Shown piece after piece: positions 14,451 through 26,004 of a stretch of 64,000 nt of DNA. The notes beneath the pieces were generated by a model. That model made no database searches. It had not been told where the DNA came from and was given only the letters and a program-made list of their open reading frames with translations. The stretch is from Psilocybe cubensis. Taxonomy: Eukaryota. Each line of letters opens with the position of its first letter. Position 1 is the first letter of the stretch. Both the position numbers and the translations under genes were made by a program. The stretch lies in NCBI GenBank assembly GCA_017499595.2, contig CM038998.1, forward strand, positions 4,588,001-4,652,000, in the 5' to 3' direction.

Positions 14451-15928
14451 ATGACATCTCCCTCATCGTCGTCTTCTCCGCAATACTTTTTTGTCGATGA
14501 TAACAGCACGGACATTCGTTACCTGGGTAGCTGGTCTTTGACCACCGTTACCGCCGACAATTACACATCTGTCGGTCTCACCGCCTATCCTATGTATGGA
14601 ACAGTCCATACGTACAAGGCTCAAGGCGGGTTGGCAAACTTCACTTTTACGTTTAGCGGTGAGGATGGTTCTTCGAAGTTTCTCAGCAGAATGTTTATTC
14701 CTTGATAAACAGGATCTTTCGTCGAGGTCAGATTCGCACCGAGTCCGAGTAACGACTACATCGAGTGTACAATTGATGAAACTGAATATCTAATATCGAC
14801 GTCCAACGGCTGCTCAAGTACAAGTCTTGATCATGGCGTACATACGCTCACTCTAGGAATAAGACCCAGCTCCCTCAATTCTCAAATATTTGATTACATT
14901 CGCTATCTTGCTCTACCCAACGCCACCGTTACGCCGGGTGACCCTTGGATCAGTATTGGGGATGAATCGATCAGAAGTACCAAGCTCTCTGCTCAGACAG
15001 CAATTCTTTCTCCGGGTGGGACTTTGGACTACGAGTTTATGGGTAAGCATGAGATGACTAACCGAGGGCTGAACTGAATTAAGTATCTTTCCTCGTAGGA
15101 ACATCACTGAGTCTCTACAAAGCTTCGGTCTTCACAGATTCGCATTCGGCATCCTATGGATATTATACACTCGACGGAGGTGAACCAGTCAACGTCACAC
15201 TTGAAAACAACGCTACTCCTCTGACCTCGTATATATACCCTCAAATCCTTATACAAACACCTTCCTTACCCTACGGCAAACATCACTTTCATTTTGCACT
15301 CGATCCTTCTCCTGAATCAGATACAATGCCTTTGCGAGGGACAATTATTGTCCAGAATAGCTCGGTGCAGTCGGAGCCAATCCCACAAACAGTTTATCAG
15401 TTCGACGATCTATATTCGCCACCGACATCTACAGCATCGACAAGTAAACTAGGTGGTATAGTTGGAGGGACATTGGCGGCTGCTCTATTGGCGGTTCTCC
15501 TGGTCTATCTAGCGATTCTCCGCCGGCGTCGGAAGTTACTGCTCAGGCGACATTTCGTGAATGAGGAAGAACTGATTCACCCTTTTTTCTCAGGCCAAGG
15601 GCCTCCAGACGATAGCACCAGACGACCGATGGAAAAACGGAGTATGGGTACTTTGGGGACAGGTCTCTCTGGCAGTTGTTCGAACTCTGCGGAGAATGGG
15701 CAAGAACTTCGTGCTCCGAGGTTCAGGGTCCATGAGGACAGTGGCGAAGATGTCATTCAGCCTGACCAGGGAGTGGAAATAGTTGATCTACCACCGACGT
15801 ACGAGGGGATCGAAACGCGCAGACGTATTGTTTCTGCGCCACCGCTGGCACAAGAAGGCTCTTCAGCGGCAACAGTAAAGCACTCCTCAGTAATATTGTC
15901 TTGGCAGAATAGTCCTTCAACAAGATGA
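14451..15928 (+). CDS. Single-pass membrane protein related in architecture to 7328-8813
   Basis: FVDDNSTDIRYLGSW...FTFTFSG start, YTLDGG motif in an internal exon, and TM GGIVGGTLAAALLAVLLVYLAIL followed by RRRRK. The cytoplasmic tail has HEDSG...LPPTY (PY-type motif). Confidence 0.75.
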
Positions 15929-16384
15929 TTTCAAAGGACTCTTGTCAGCGCTAATGGTTTCAAAAGGTTGCGAATAACAGCCGTACAAAGACGGTTTCCA
16001 TTGTGACAGCAATTTTCCTATTCTGTGTTGCACATTCCACTCCCAAGTGGCATTCAACTCGTTTGGAGCCACATATGGCCCAGTGGGCGCATAGCAGCCC
16101 ATGAGCCTCTTGTGCCACCATAGGCCATTTGTATCTCTTCTATGAATGGTCAGGGCTTCATATTTAAGCAGACCGTATAATCCAAAACGAGTCGAGGGTC
16201 CCACTTACCACGTTCTTACTTTTTTTTCTGTGCTTACTGGCATCGCGCATACTTTCATTCCGGGCGTCTGGTAAATGTAAGCATTTTTGTCAATGAAGCA
16301 TGCATCGTTCACAGATGTTCCTCAGATTGTCATCTGCTTCTTTGTCGTCGTTATTAGCAATCACGTTACACCTTGTGGAAAGAC

Positions 16385-17454
16385 ATGGCGTTTCTAGTAA
16401 GCGCTGAACTTTGCGGCTCACAAAGAGTCACGGAACTGTGGTGCGAAAACGGTGCTATCGAGTTTCATGCTGGCATGAAGGCGTTTCGCCCTCAGGCAGA
16501 AATTATAGTCGCCCTCAAACATGTGATGAGCATCCTTCTCAATTTACCTAAACATCCGGAATGTTGCAGAGCTTCTGAAGCTCCAGGAGGAGTCATTCAT
16601 CTCCCAGAATCTGGCCCGAACGTGGAACAATTCTTCCTTGCATTGCTTGACCCCATGTGAGTAAACAATTCTCCACTCCTAAGATTGAACTGGCTGTTCT
16701 GATACCAGCTACGTGCAGGTCAGTATCCGAAGGCCGTGCACCTTCGCAGAGCCTCGCTTTTTATTACACGATTCTGCGTCTCTCATATATGTGCAATATT
16801 CGTTTTCTCAAGAAATTTACCTTGACTCGACTGCAGCAAAACTTGCTTCCTCTCGACATGATGCAACTTGAGAATAATCTTCGCCTTTACCACTGGTCGA
16901 AGTATCACACGGGCGAACTCACCATCCAGCAACTTTTGCACCTTATATTCATATGTGACACGACGCCATATCCATGGCTCTTTCCTCCCCTCTTCATTTA
17001 CTTGAATCACTGGGAAAGTCTTGACATATTACAAGCATCAACATGGCCACTGCTCCGTCCGTTTTTGAGGGAGATATATATCGAGTTCCGAGAACGGTGT
17101 ATGAAAGAGAACGCGGAAGTGTCCTGGGTATCAATGGTTCCTTCGAAATCTTGCCAGGATCTGAACATGTGTCGAGCCACGACACAGAAAGTGTTACTTT
17201 TGCATCACCAGGTGTCAGCAAACGTGATCAGGCCGTCGTTCGAGGCCACAATGCTGCATTTGCTGAATGCTGTCACGATGACCGAGGAGGCGAGCAACAC
17301 AGGATTTTGTTTCAAATGCAGGGGGGTTGCTGCTGAGGCTTCCTTGGAGGTTGAACGTGCTAGGTGGGAGAATTATCCGAGGCACATGGGATTCGATTCG
17401 TGGACTCACATGAAGACGTGTTGGTCTGCACTTGAAAAGTTGAAGGAAACTTGA
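16385..17454 (+). CDS. Divergent BTB/POZ-like protein
   Basis: LWCENGAIEFHAG...IHLPESGPNVEQFFLALLDP | intron | ILRLSYMCNIRFLKK aligns by eye with the neighbouring BTB gene. The C-terminal C-x5-C, FCxxC and W-x2-[LY]P-x5,6-W features are also shared. Confidence 0.6.
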
Positions 17455-17634
17455 GAAAGAAATATTATTCCACAGTGGTAAAGAGAGTACAACAGTAAAA
17501 ACAGTACAGTGTGTCGAGCCCCTTCCCGAGCGGTTCTAGTTAAATATATAGGAAAGAGCACGAAAGCAAATGATTAGTATATCCAACCGATGATCCCAAT
17601 TAAAACATAAACCGAGAAAAAGAAAAAAAGACTT

Positions 17635-18650
17635 TCATTCCAAAGACCTGCGTCTCAGACCTTCAAGTACCTCCCAATTCGGGAGATCGAACATGGAAGG
17701 CAACTCGTCCCACAAATCCTGGCATTCAGATGCACAGAGGTCTTTGAATGCAGCACGGCACCGCGCGCAAAAGCCAGAATAATACATGTCCGCATTGTCC
17801 TCGAAGTAGTCGAGCAGGCCGGCCATATCCCAGTCAGCGAGCACCTGCGCACAGCGCTGGCGAGTCGCCGCGCACATCTCGCTCGTGCAACCTTCGACGG
17901 CGTTAGTGTGTGCATGCTTCATCATCTTGAGGGCATTCTGTGTCTGCTTCATGATGATCCTCTGCCGGCCGAGGATGCACATGCGCTTGTCGGGCCATGA
18001 GAGGGTTATTTCTTCAGAACCCCATGTAGACTTGTCGAGTGTCTTCTCGAAAGGGTGGCTGCTGATGCAGTATAAAATAGATGGAAGCAGCCAGGTGAGT
18101 TCAAATTGCCGTGCCAGACGGAACGCAGCAAAGGGAGTATTGTCGACGGGGGGTATCGTGCGGTGAGTATCGCGTTGTTTCCAATGCTCAAGTGTGGTAG
18201 GGAACGTGGAGAGGAGATGCTGGAGAGCACGACGGCGTAGATATTGTACGTCGTATTTGAGACTGAGGCGTAGTACTCCTTCTACGATAGGGAGTTCTGA
18301 CTGAACTGGCGGTGGCTCAAAATAACTAAAATGCACGGTGAATTACCTAAAGCTAGCCTGTCAGAACACACGCACCTAGTATCGAAGACCGCCCTCAAGA
18401 AGTATCCCATGTCCTTCGCCGAATCGTATACGGTGACTATAGGGCATCCGGAAACTGTCGCGTTCCCTTCAGCGGGCGGTGGAAATGCCAGCATATCGCG
18501 AAACACAGAAGATCTGGCGGCCAGGAGGCCACTGTATATCTTAAACAACGAGTTCTCCGCTTTGAGAATTAAGTTGCCATCCTCGAACCAGAGGTCTTCG
18601 ACTGGTGTAGCAGCCCCGTTCTCGGTAACCAAATCTTTGGTCATGGTCAT
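17635..18650 (-). CDS. BTB/POZ domain protein (Agaricomycete-expanded family)
   Basis: DLWFEDGNLILKAENSLFKIYSGLLAARSSVFRDML, VLRLSLKYDVQYLRRRAL, C-terminal FCARC and LWDELPSMFDLPNW; one intron. Confidence 0.85.
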
Positions 18651-19381
18651 GCTTTGGAAGACTTGCGGGGAAGAAAGTGCCCAATGAGGGACGACGTGTA
18701 GTTGGAGGGGCGGTTGGAAAGAACGTGGTGGTATGTGTGGTATGAAAAGGAAACGAAATTTGAGGCCGGGGTATAGATGATTGAAGATCAAGCAGCAACG
18801 ACTGGCCGGGCCAGCTGTGGGTCAAAGAACACGAGAAGGGAGGGTGCTGAATCTGGCTGCATTTTCTTTTATGTAAGTTCTCGATCTCTGCTTGACAAAA
18901 AACATTAACCAATATCAATGGCCGGCTCTTCGGCATCAAATTACTTGATGACAATTACTCCTAAATCTGCTGATCTTCGCAGGATCTTCAACATCTTCAA
19001 CCGTCCAAGTTGGCATTTCTTCCAGAAGTTGCACTATAGATTGGTTCTGCTATCGTCTCCAGATGATAAGCCAATCATACTTTCAACAGACAGCTGCTAA
19101 GTGCTCCACGTGTGAAATTCTATCGCTTTGGCCAATCGCCAATTGCTCAAGTTTTCCCCGATCGGTAAGGGTCTCAGCACGTGACTTAAGCGCGCTCCGC
19201 GGTACCGGAGAACGGTTAATACATCCGATATTGAGACGCGTCGCGTCGACTTGGCGTCAACAGGGGTTGATACTAAACCAATACTTATAAACCGATATTC
19301 AGAATGTTAATACAGTTAAGTTATTTATTCGACTTTGGAACTCAACGATGGTTAGAAATACTGAATCTGAGCATAAAATAA

Positions 19382-21189
19382 TTAGCATGGTCCATATTTT
19401 GCCGCGGCAACATGGGCGGCTAATCCGCTAGCACTGGTTTTGGGTGTAAATATAGATCCGCCCTGTTGCGAAGAATATGTTGTCAGTTTATCGCTGAGTT
19501 TTTAGATCCGAATTACAGGATCATAAGGTAGTACGCACCTGATTGGGGGCGTACCACACCGATCCCACGTCGTCATTTGCATTTGTACCAAAGTGGAATA
19601 CTGCGGACTCCTGCGAGCCTAGGAAGGCGCTATATTTTCCAACACGAGCTGGTCCAGCCATATCAAGATAATACTGAAGGTGCTTTGTCCATACTCCCTA
19701 AATTGTTGTTATGAGTTACTCGATATAATAACTAGGTGTATCATAGATACCTTGAAAATTTGCTAATTTGTAAAAGACCACACGGGAAACACCATTAGGC
19801 CAGTGGCAATGAATGGAAACATAGGACTTGCCTGGTCTTGGTTGCATACAGGTCCACCAGATTGAGCATCATCGCATGATTCCTTTAGGATATTTGTGCC
19901 AGCTGTGAGATGTTGCATCGTCGCATCCAATGTTATTTCTGCTTGGTCGAGCAAGGTGCTGTTCCCCGTTGCAGCAAATAGATATGCTAGGCCAGAAGCA
20001 ATGACTCCCTAGATTATCAATACTCAACACCACTGCGAAAAGCCAACATAGTATAAAGAAATAACCTGATTGTAAGTCCATGTTGTCTGGAAAAGAGATT
20101 TAGTTGTCTGATTTATACCATTAAAGTGCAGGAAACTCACTTGACCATTATTCTTACAAACGCTGGTACTGGAATCAAGTCCATCATTGAAGAGTCCCTG
20201 TGAGTTTCTCATTCCGGACCCCTCAACTAGAATAATAAGATCTGTCAAACAAGAACGTAGAAAAATAAAATGAAATGTCCTTACTCCATGCCCACGTCTA
20301 TTTGTATCAGACCAAAAAAGATTAGTCATATTTCATGGATACTTTAGTTGCCTTACTTTGCGAGCATTCTCAAGGTAAGTTAGGTTCTTATTTCTAAGGT
20401 ATCCCTGTGCTGAGAGGAGCAGGAATAGTTCATTCGTGATAGCATTCTTGTAGGTGTGGGCAGTCGACCACCATACACCACCGCCACAAGTGCTATCCCA
20501 CTGGCCTGCAATGATGTCGTAGATTGTGCTAGCGGCATTCTGCAAGAATTAATTATCTTGAGACGAAGGCTGCAATGATATATTGAGATTTAAGACAGAA
20601 CTTACCAAATACGCCGTGTTTGAAAGACCTCTATTGGCCTTGTAGTCCGCCATCTTCCACAGAGACAACACTACCCACTTTTCAATCTGATGTCAGAAAG
20701 TATGAACATACGAAGATCAAGTGAACGAAATCACCCCAGCATCGTCATTGCTCCCTCCGAGGAGACTGGCCCAGTTGGTGTTCGGGTTCAGAGCAGATCT
20801 TCCTATGAATGACTCATCGGCGACGGCGCTGTATTGATCAGTGCCGCTGGCTAGCATAAGGTTGTGCAGGTCCTCGAGGGTATTCTGTGCATGGGCAGAA
20901 TAAGATATGTCAGTTGAGGAGCTCTGGAGAATTGGAGTGTTGGATGTTTTTACAGCATCGGTCCATAAGCTTCCACCAGTGTATTGTCCGTTAGCGGTGT
21001 TGAAGTACTCGGATTGTAGGCGATTGGCAACGCCCTTTTCGTAAGATTTAGTATATTGTCATTGGGATAACCTAGCAAAGAATGGCTCACAATAGCAGTA
21101 TTCAACGTTGCTTGACATTGGCTGGCGCCCACAAGCGTACCAGCACACGCAAAAGTAACAGCAGCGAGGAGAGATTTCCAAGACCTCAT
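19382..21189 (-). CDS. Secreted glycoside hydrolase family 76 (alpha-1,6-mannanase/Dfg5-like)
   Basis: Signal peptide MRSWKSLLAAVTFACAG, catalytic NDD motif (SNDDAGW), CGGGVWW, YKNAITNELF, GLFNDGL and WTYNQG. Ends KYGPC*; no obvious GPI-anchor tail. Confidence 0.9.
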
Positions 21190-22180
21190 AATGACGTTGT
21201 AATAAGCAAGCGGTTCAAAATCCGTCGCGATGTCGACCATTTTACCTCTGCTATTCCGTTTTATACTCTGACAACTTGAGTTTGGAATGGGCTTCTTGGG
21301 CATCTGACAAGTCACGACCTCTGAAGAGCCGACGAGCAAATGGTTTGAACAGCTTCGAATTAGGTCATGTCAAAAAATAAAGAAGAAAAGGTGCTAGTGA
21401 TACGCATGGAAAAACGATCATATGCGCTGAACGGAGGATGGTTCGAATTCAAGTAGACAGAAGTCGTCCTACGAACTATGATGCATTTTGAGTCTTTTTT
21501 TAACGATACCGGGTCACCGGATAAATGCAATTTTGTTTGGAGGTGGAGTCTAGTGTTCAGAAATTGAATTTTACACGAAATATGAAGTGAACAGTATGTC
21601 ATCACCTGTTCTACAATCTAGTAACCCAGTCTTCTGTGGGTGTATCGCAGAGCGATATACTTACTATGGGGATGAATAACTGTTTCAACTGCTAGATGTG
21701 CATCACGGCGAACGTCTGTCGTTAGCGCGATCGTCTATATATAGATTGGTGGGACCCGCATCATACTAGAGTGCCTCAACGGAACGTTAACCCACCCCTC
21801 CCAACATGATAACATCATAGCCCTTTATTCTGAATGTCAATTAGGTATATTATGTACATGTGTGCCGTCCATAAGCTACTCTCGGTATCCTTGTGCCCAT
21901 CTAGGGTGCTTACTCTATTATAGTCTACAGATCCGTACTAGAATAAAGATAATCGCTGTCCATAGTATATTGTACCAGAATAAAACTGCAGCAGCTGTCC
22001 AAGTGAAAGAATCGTGAGTCGTCGCATCTACATCGGATAGATGTCCAAGGATAATCTCCCTCTGGAGGTGACCCTCCACAACCGTGGCGAAAGAAATACA
22101 GGGAATGGCAAGAACCCAAACCATAATGAAGATCGTGAAAAAGTGTGATTGAAACTTGAGCTTGAGGCCTTCAAGTCCGA

Positions 22181-23683
22181 TCAATGGCTATCTCGTCGCC
22201 TCCTCCTCTTTGATATGGTACTCGAACTCTTCTTGTGCCCGATCAAGCTTGTACCGAGTTTCTTGAAGCTCCCGAAGAACGAACCTGGACCGTGCCCGTG
22301 CTCCTGGTCATATCCGGTCCCGCTGTGGGGCCCGGGCCCATGCCCATGAACGTGCACGAATCCATCACCCATCTCCGAGTCGGAATCAGATTCCGAATCA
22401 GAGTCCGGGTATCTGTACGTTCCGCTATTGTATGAGTAGTCTTTCGGCGTATAGTATGATGGTTGGGCGCCGGCACCGGTCTAGAGAAGAATGAGGGGAA
22501 AGCGAGACGACCAGAGAGTCAGCGCTTATCGAAGATAAGCATACATCGAACAGACAGGAAAAAGGGTAAATGAAAAAGAGGGACGTATAAGAAATTGTGA
22601 AAGGAGGGTATTAATGTGGTGCGATATAAAAAATTCAGGGTGCTCCAAACCCGGCCATCTATTCCATCGCCAATACTCGGTGATCGAATTTCGGAGTCAA
22701 GACCCATGTCGCGAAGAGAAGCCAAAAATGTTCGAGGCAAAAGTAGAGGGTGGTGATGATCAGGAACTCACAATAACAGCGCTCTGACCTGCAGGCACAA
22801 CAATGTAACCACTGCGACCGCCATGGATGGGAACAACCATGGGTTGATGTGTTGGTGATGTCACGAACTGTTGAGGGCCGTATGGTCCCATTGTTTGCAT
22901 TCCGTATGAGATGGGAGGGGAGGTAGGGTATTGATTGCTTGTGCCATGGGGAGCCCGTGAGCGGGTATACCTGTCTCGGGAATGAGACCGGGAACGACGA
23001 GTATGTGAAGAAGATGACGGCTTCGAAGAATACGACGTCGAATGTGAAATAGCAGGGGCAAGCGCCGGAGGAGATGTAACGAGTTGCTGTGGAGGGAAAG
23101 GAAACCCTTGCACCTGTGAATGCATCTGCATGGTGGCAGGAGGTGAAACCATTGATGTTGAAGATGCAGGGTACACCATCTGCTGCTGCACGGGTTGATA
23201 GCCGAAGTATGACTGCACTGGCATGTTGGGGGGTGTGCTGACTGACCGTTGCGGCGTTGGGGCGTACGTCAGACCTACCGGCGCCAAGGGTAGCGCCGCA
23301 GACGCTGTGTGCGGGCTCGGACGCAGGCTCTTGCTTCCACTTGGATGGTGGCTGCCAGTGTGATGATGCTTGCGGTGATGTCGCTTCGAAGGCCCTCCAT
23401 AGGTAGGCGATATCACACCCTGAGCCGTGGCGTAGTACACAGGATAAGGCTGCTGCACCTGATACGAAGGCTGCTGTGACGGATAATGGTGGTGCTGAGC
23501 TTGGGGAAACTGTGGAGGGGTAGACGACTGAAAATATGTCTCCGAAGGAGCATGTTCACCAGGAATAGGCTCGAAAGGATTTGCAGGCTCGCACTTGCGG
23601 TTGTTGTCGACCCAGCGTGCAATTCCAGCCTGCTTGTCTAGATACCTTTCGACTGCGTCCGGGGAGTAATCGTATTCAGTCAT
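22181..23683 (-). CDS. Pro/Gln/Ser/His-rich disordered protein of unknown function
   Basis: 307-aa ORF starting MTEYDYSPDAVERYLDKQAGIARWV. A GTGAGT donor near 22770 probably joins a last exon ending KRRRRRDSH* at 22181. Confidence 0.65.
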
Positions 23684-25232
23684 GCTTGGGAGATGAGGGT
23701 TGGCCGAACGGTGGATGAAGTGAAAGAGGGACAGTTACAATAGATGCTTAAAGCAAAAGTCGTGGTGCAAAAATATGAATGACAGGCAAGAGCCGGCGGA
23801 CGTGAGGCCCAGTTGGACGAGGACCCTGCCACGTTTTCCTCAAACGATGACAGTAAGAAGGCGAGAAACTGTAAGGACAGCGTGAGTTCATTTACGGGGG
23901 ATGTGCGCATGTCATAGAACATGGGTCACAGAGCAATTGAAAAAAAGATTCATACCCTGGTACCGTTTGCTCTGCAAATTTAGCAACACATTCGGTGGAA
24001 TCTGTGTAACCGATGCTGAGAGCCTCTCGGGCTGGCAGAGACCCGCTGCGCAATGGTATGTAGAGAATGTATTGGGCCGGGGAAGAAAAAACGAGGCAGA
24101 TTCGGATCCCTTTTTATGGCTGTTCTACAACGTAGATGCGAACATCTACCGACAGGCCACAGGCATCCCAAGATTGACCGCACAGCTCCCGTACCTCGTC
24201 TGATATCCCCTGTTCCCTTAGCAAGGAACAGACGGCACCCTGACTCGGAGTCGGATAACGCTGATGTCCGGATACAGGTTTCTGAGAAAAACTACAATTG
24301 AGGCAACCACAAAAGCAGTTGATGACATCGACAGATTCGAAATGAATCATGCAACGCCGGGCTTGCGCTGCTGCTTGCCGTTCACCGGCATAAAGCCCTT
24401 TGGAACTCAGAGCTGCCCAACAAAACAGCAACTTTCTTTTTATGTACAAGTGCCCTGATATTTTGGTATTGGGGTCTACATGCGATTCTTCACAACCGCC
24501 CCATATGACTTTGTACGAGATTGCCATCCGATGAAAAGCCGAGAAGCAATGCAAGAATTTAGGGTAATCTTAAACTAGTCAGGACGAGTCATTGCAAAGT
24601 CATCGAAGGGAAGAATATCACAAGGCGATTGGGGATTCCAAAGAAGGCCACTAGCTTTCCAGTAACGTTCTGGGCCACTGTATTGCTTTTCAGTCAATTT
24701 GGCCTTCTTCTTGCGAGTATCGCGTGTTCAAAAAATCTGGTGTACAGGTTCCAATTAGGAATATCCATATCCCGCTTTTGCGGATTTGATCTTGCTTATG
24801 TGGGGGCCATAATTGGGGCGACACTGCTGCCGCACAGATGACGGCCCTTACCATGTACAACTACGTTTTTCTGATTGTGAAGACCTGCAAGCAATCAAAG
24901 CTCAAGACCATGAGGATACTGTAATGCAATCCACTGGCACTGTTCACTAAAGAACCTATTGATCATCAGCTGCCACAGCATCAGTACTAAGATCAGTATT
25001 TATAAAACAGTAACGATTGGAGCGCTCGCCTCATTTTCACATTGTTGACATTCGAATCATGTGTCGGAATCATCAGTATTATACCGCAGTATATATAAGG
25101 TTCCAGGGCGGCTGTTCCTAACTAATATCTCTCCCACTTCATAACCATGTATAATGCTCGCACATCAAGCAATTCTATCGCAAGTAGTAAATTCTGTCCA
25201 TCTTTGTCACAAACAATCTGACATATAAAAAA

Positions 25233-25598
25233 GTGAATGCTCCGACCTCCACATGTCACTCCATTGATTTCACAGACAAAAACTTCGCCCTTGTAGAGAG
25301 AATAGCGGATTGGATCAACGGGATCGACTATCCCACTAAGCAGATACTCGTAAATTGGCTATATAGCTCATCTAGAGCCCGCTCTGGCACGATTCATGGG
25401 GGAGACTCTCGCAATGTTGCAATTTCTGCAATTCAGACGTTGGCATATGAATTGGCAATGCGATTACCACAACAATTTTGCGAACAACTCCTACAAACCA
25501 TCAACGGAGATCCTCGAATTTTCTCGAGATCTCTCGACTTTCAAGTTAGCAAGCTCATACTTGAGCCGCTTGGTCGTACTCCACTGTCTGGAAGATAG
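25233..25598 (+). pseudogene. Remnant of a fungal NLR-type NACHT NTPase domain
   Basis: TCH...LVERIADWING...VNWLY and RN...IQTLAYELA...INGDPRIFSRSLDFQVSKLILEPL resemble the segments before and after Walker A in fungal NACHT domains. The GxxGxGKS P-loop is absent and the ORF stops before Walker B. Confidence 0.6.
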
Positions 25599-26004
25599 GA
25601 ATTGGTTGGAATTCAAATGGGACACGAGATAGTAGTTATTTGTTTTTGTACAACGTTGAGGGTTCAGCGCTCAGCTGTTACCAATTTCATGGGTACGCAC
25701 TAGATTTTTGAACCTGATAAATCCCCCTTCTTGGTCTTTCACGCCAGTTTGCTTGCAAATTAAAACTCTTGAGATTCATTGTAAAGGGGCCAATAAAATC
25801 GGAGCGTTATCTTATCTTATCTCAGTATTTGCTAGTGATGCATTGATGGGTCATCGGAGTCGAGAGTGCCACAACCAAAATTCAAACCAACTTGCAATCA
25901 ACTCTTCACGCTTCACGTTCAAATATACTCCAAGCTGTATTCTACTCTTTCTTAGCTGCCCACGCTCTAGAACCTATCCAAGTCACCATTGAGATATCGT
26001 TACT

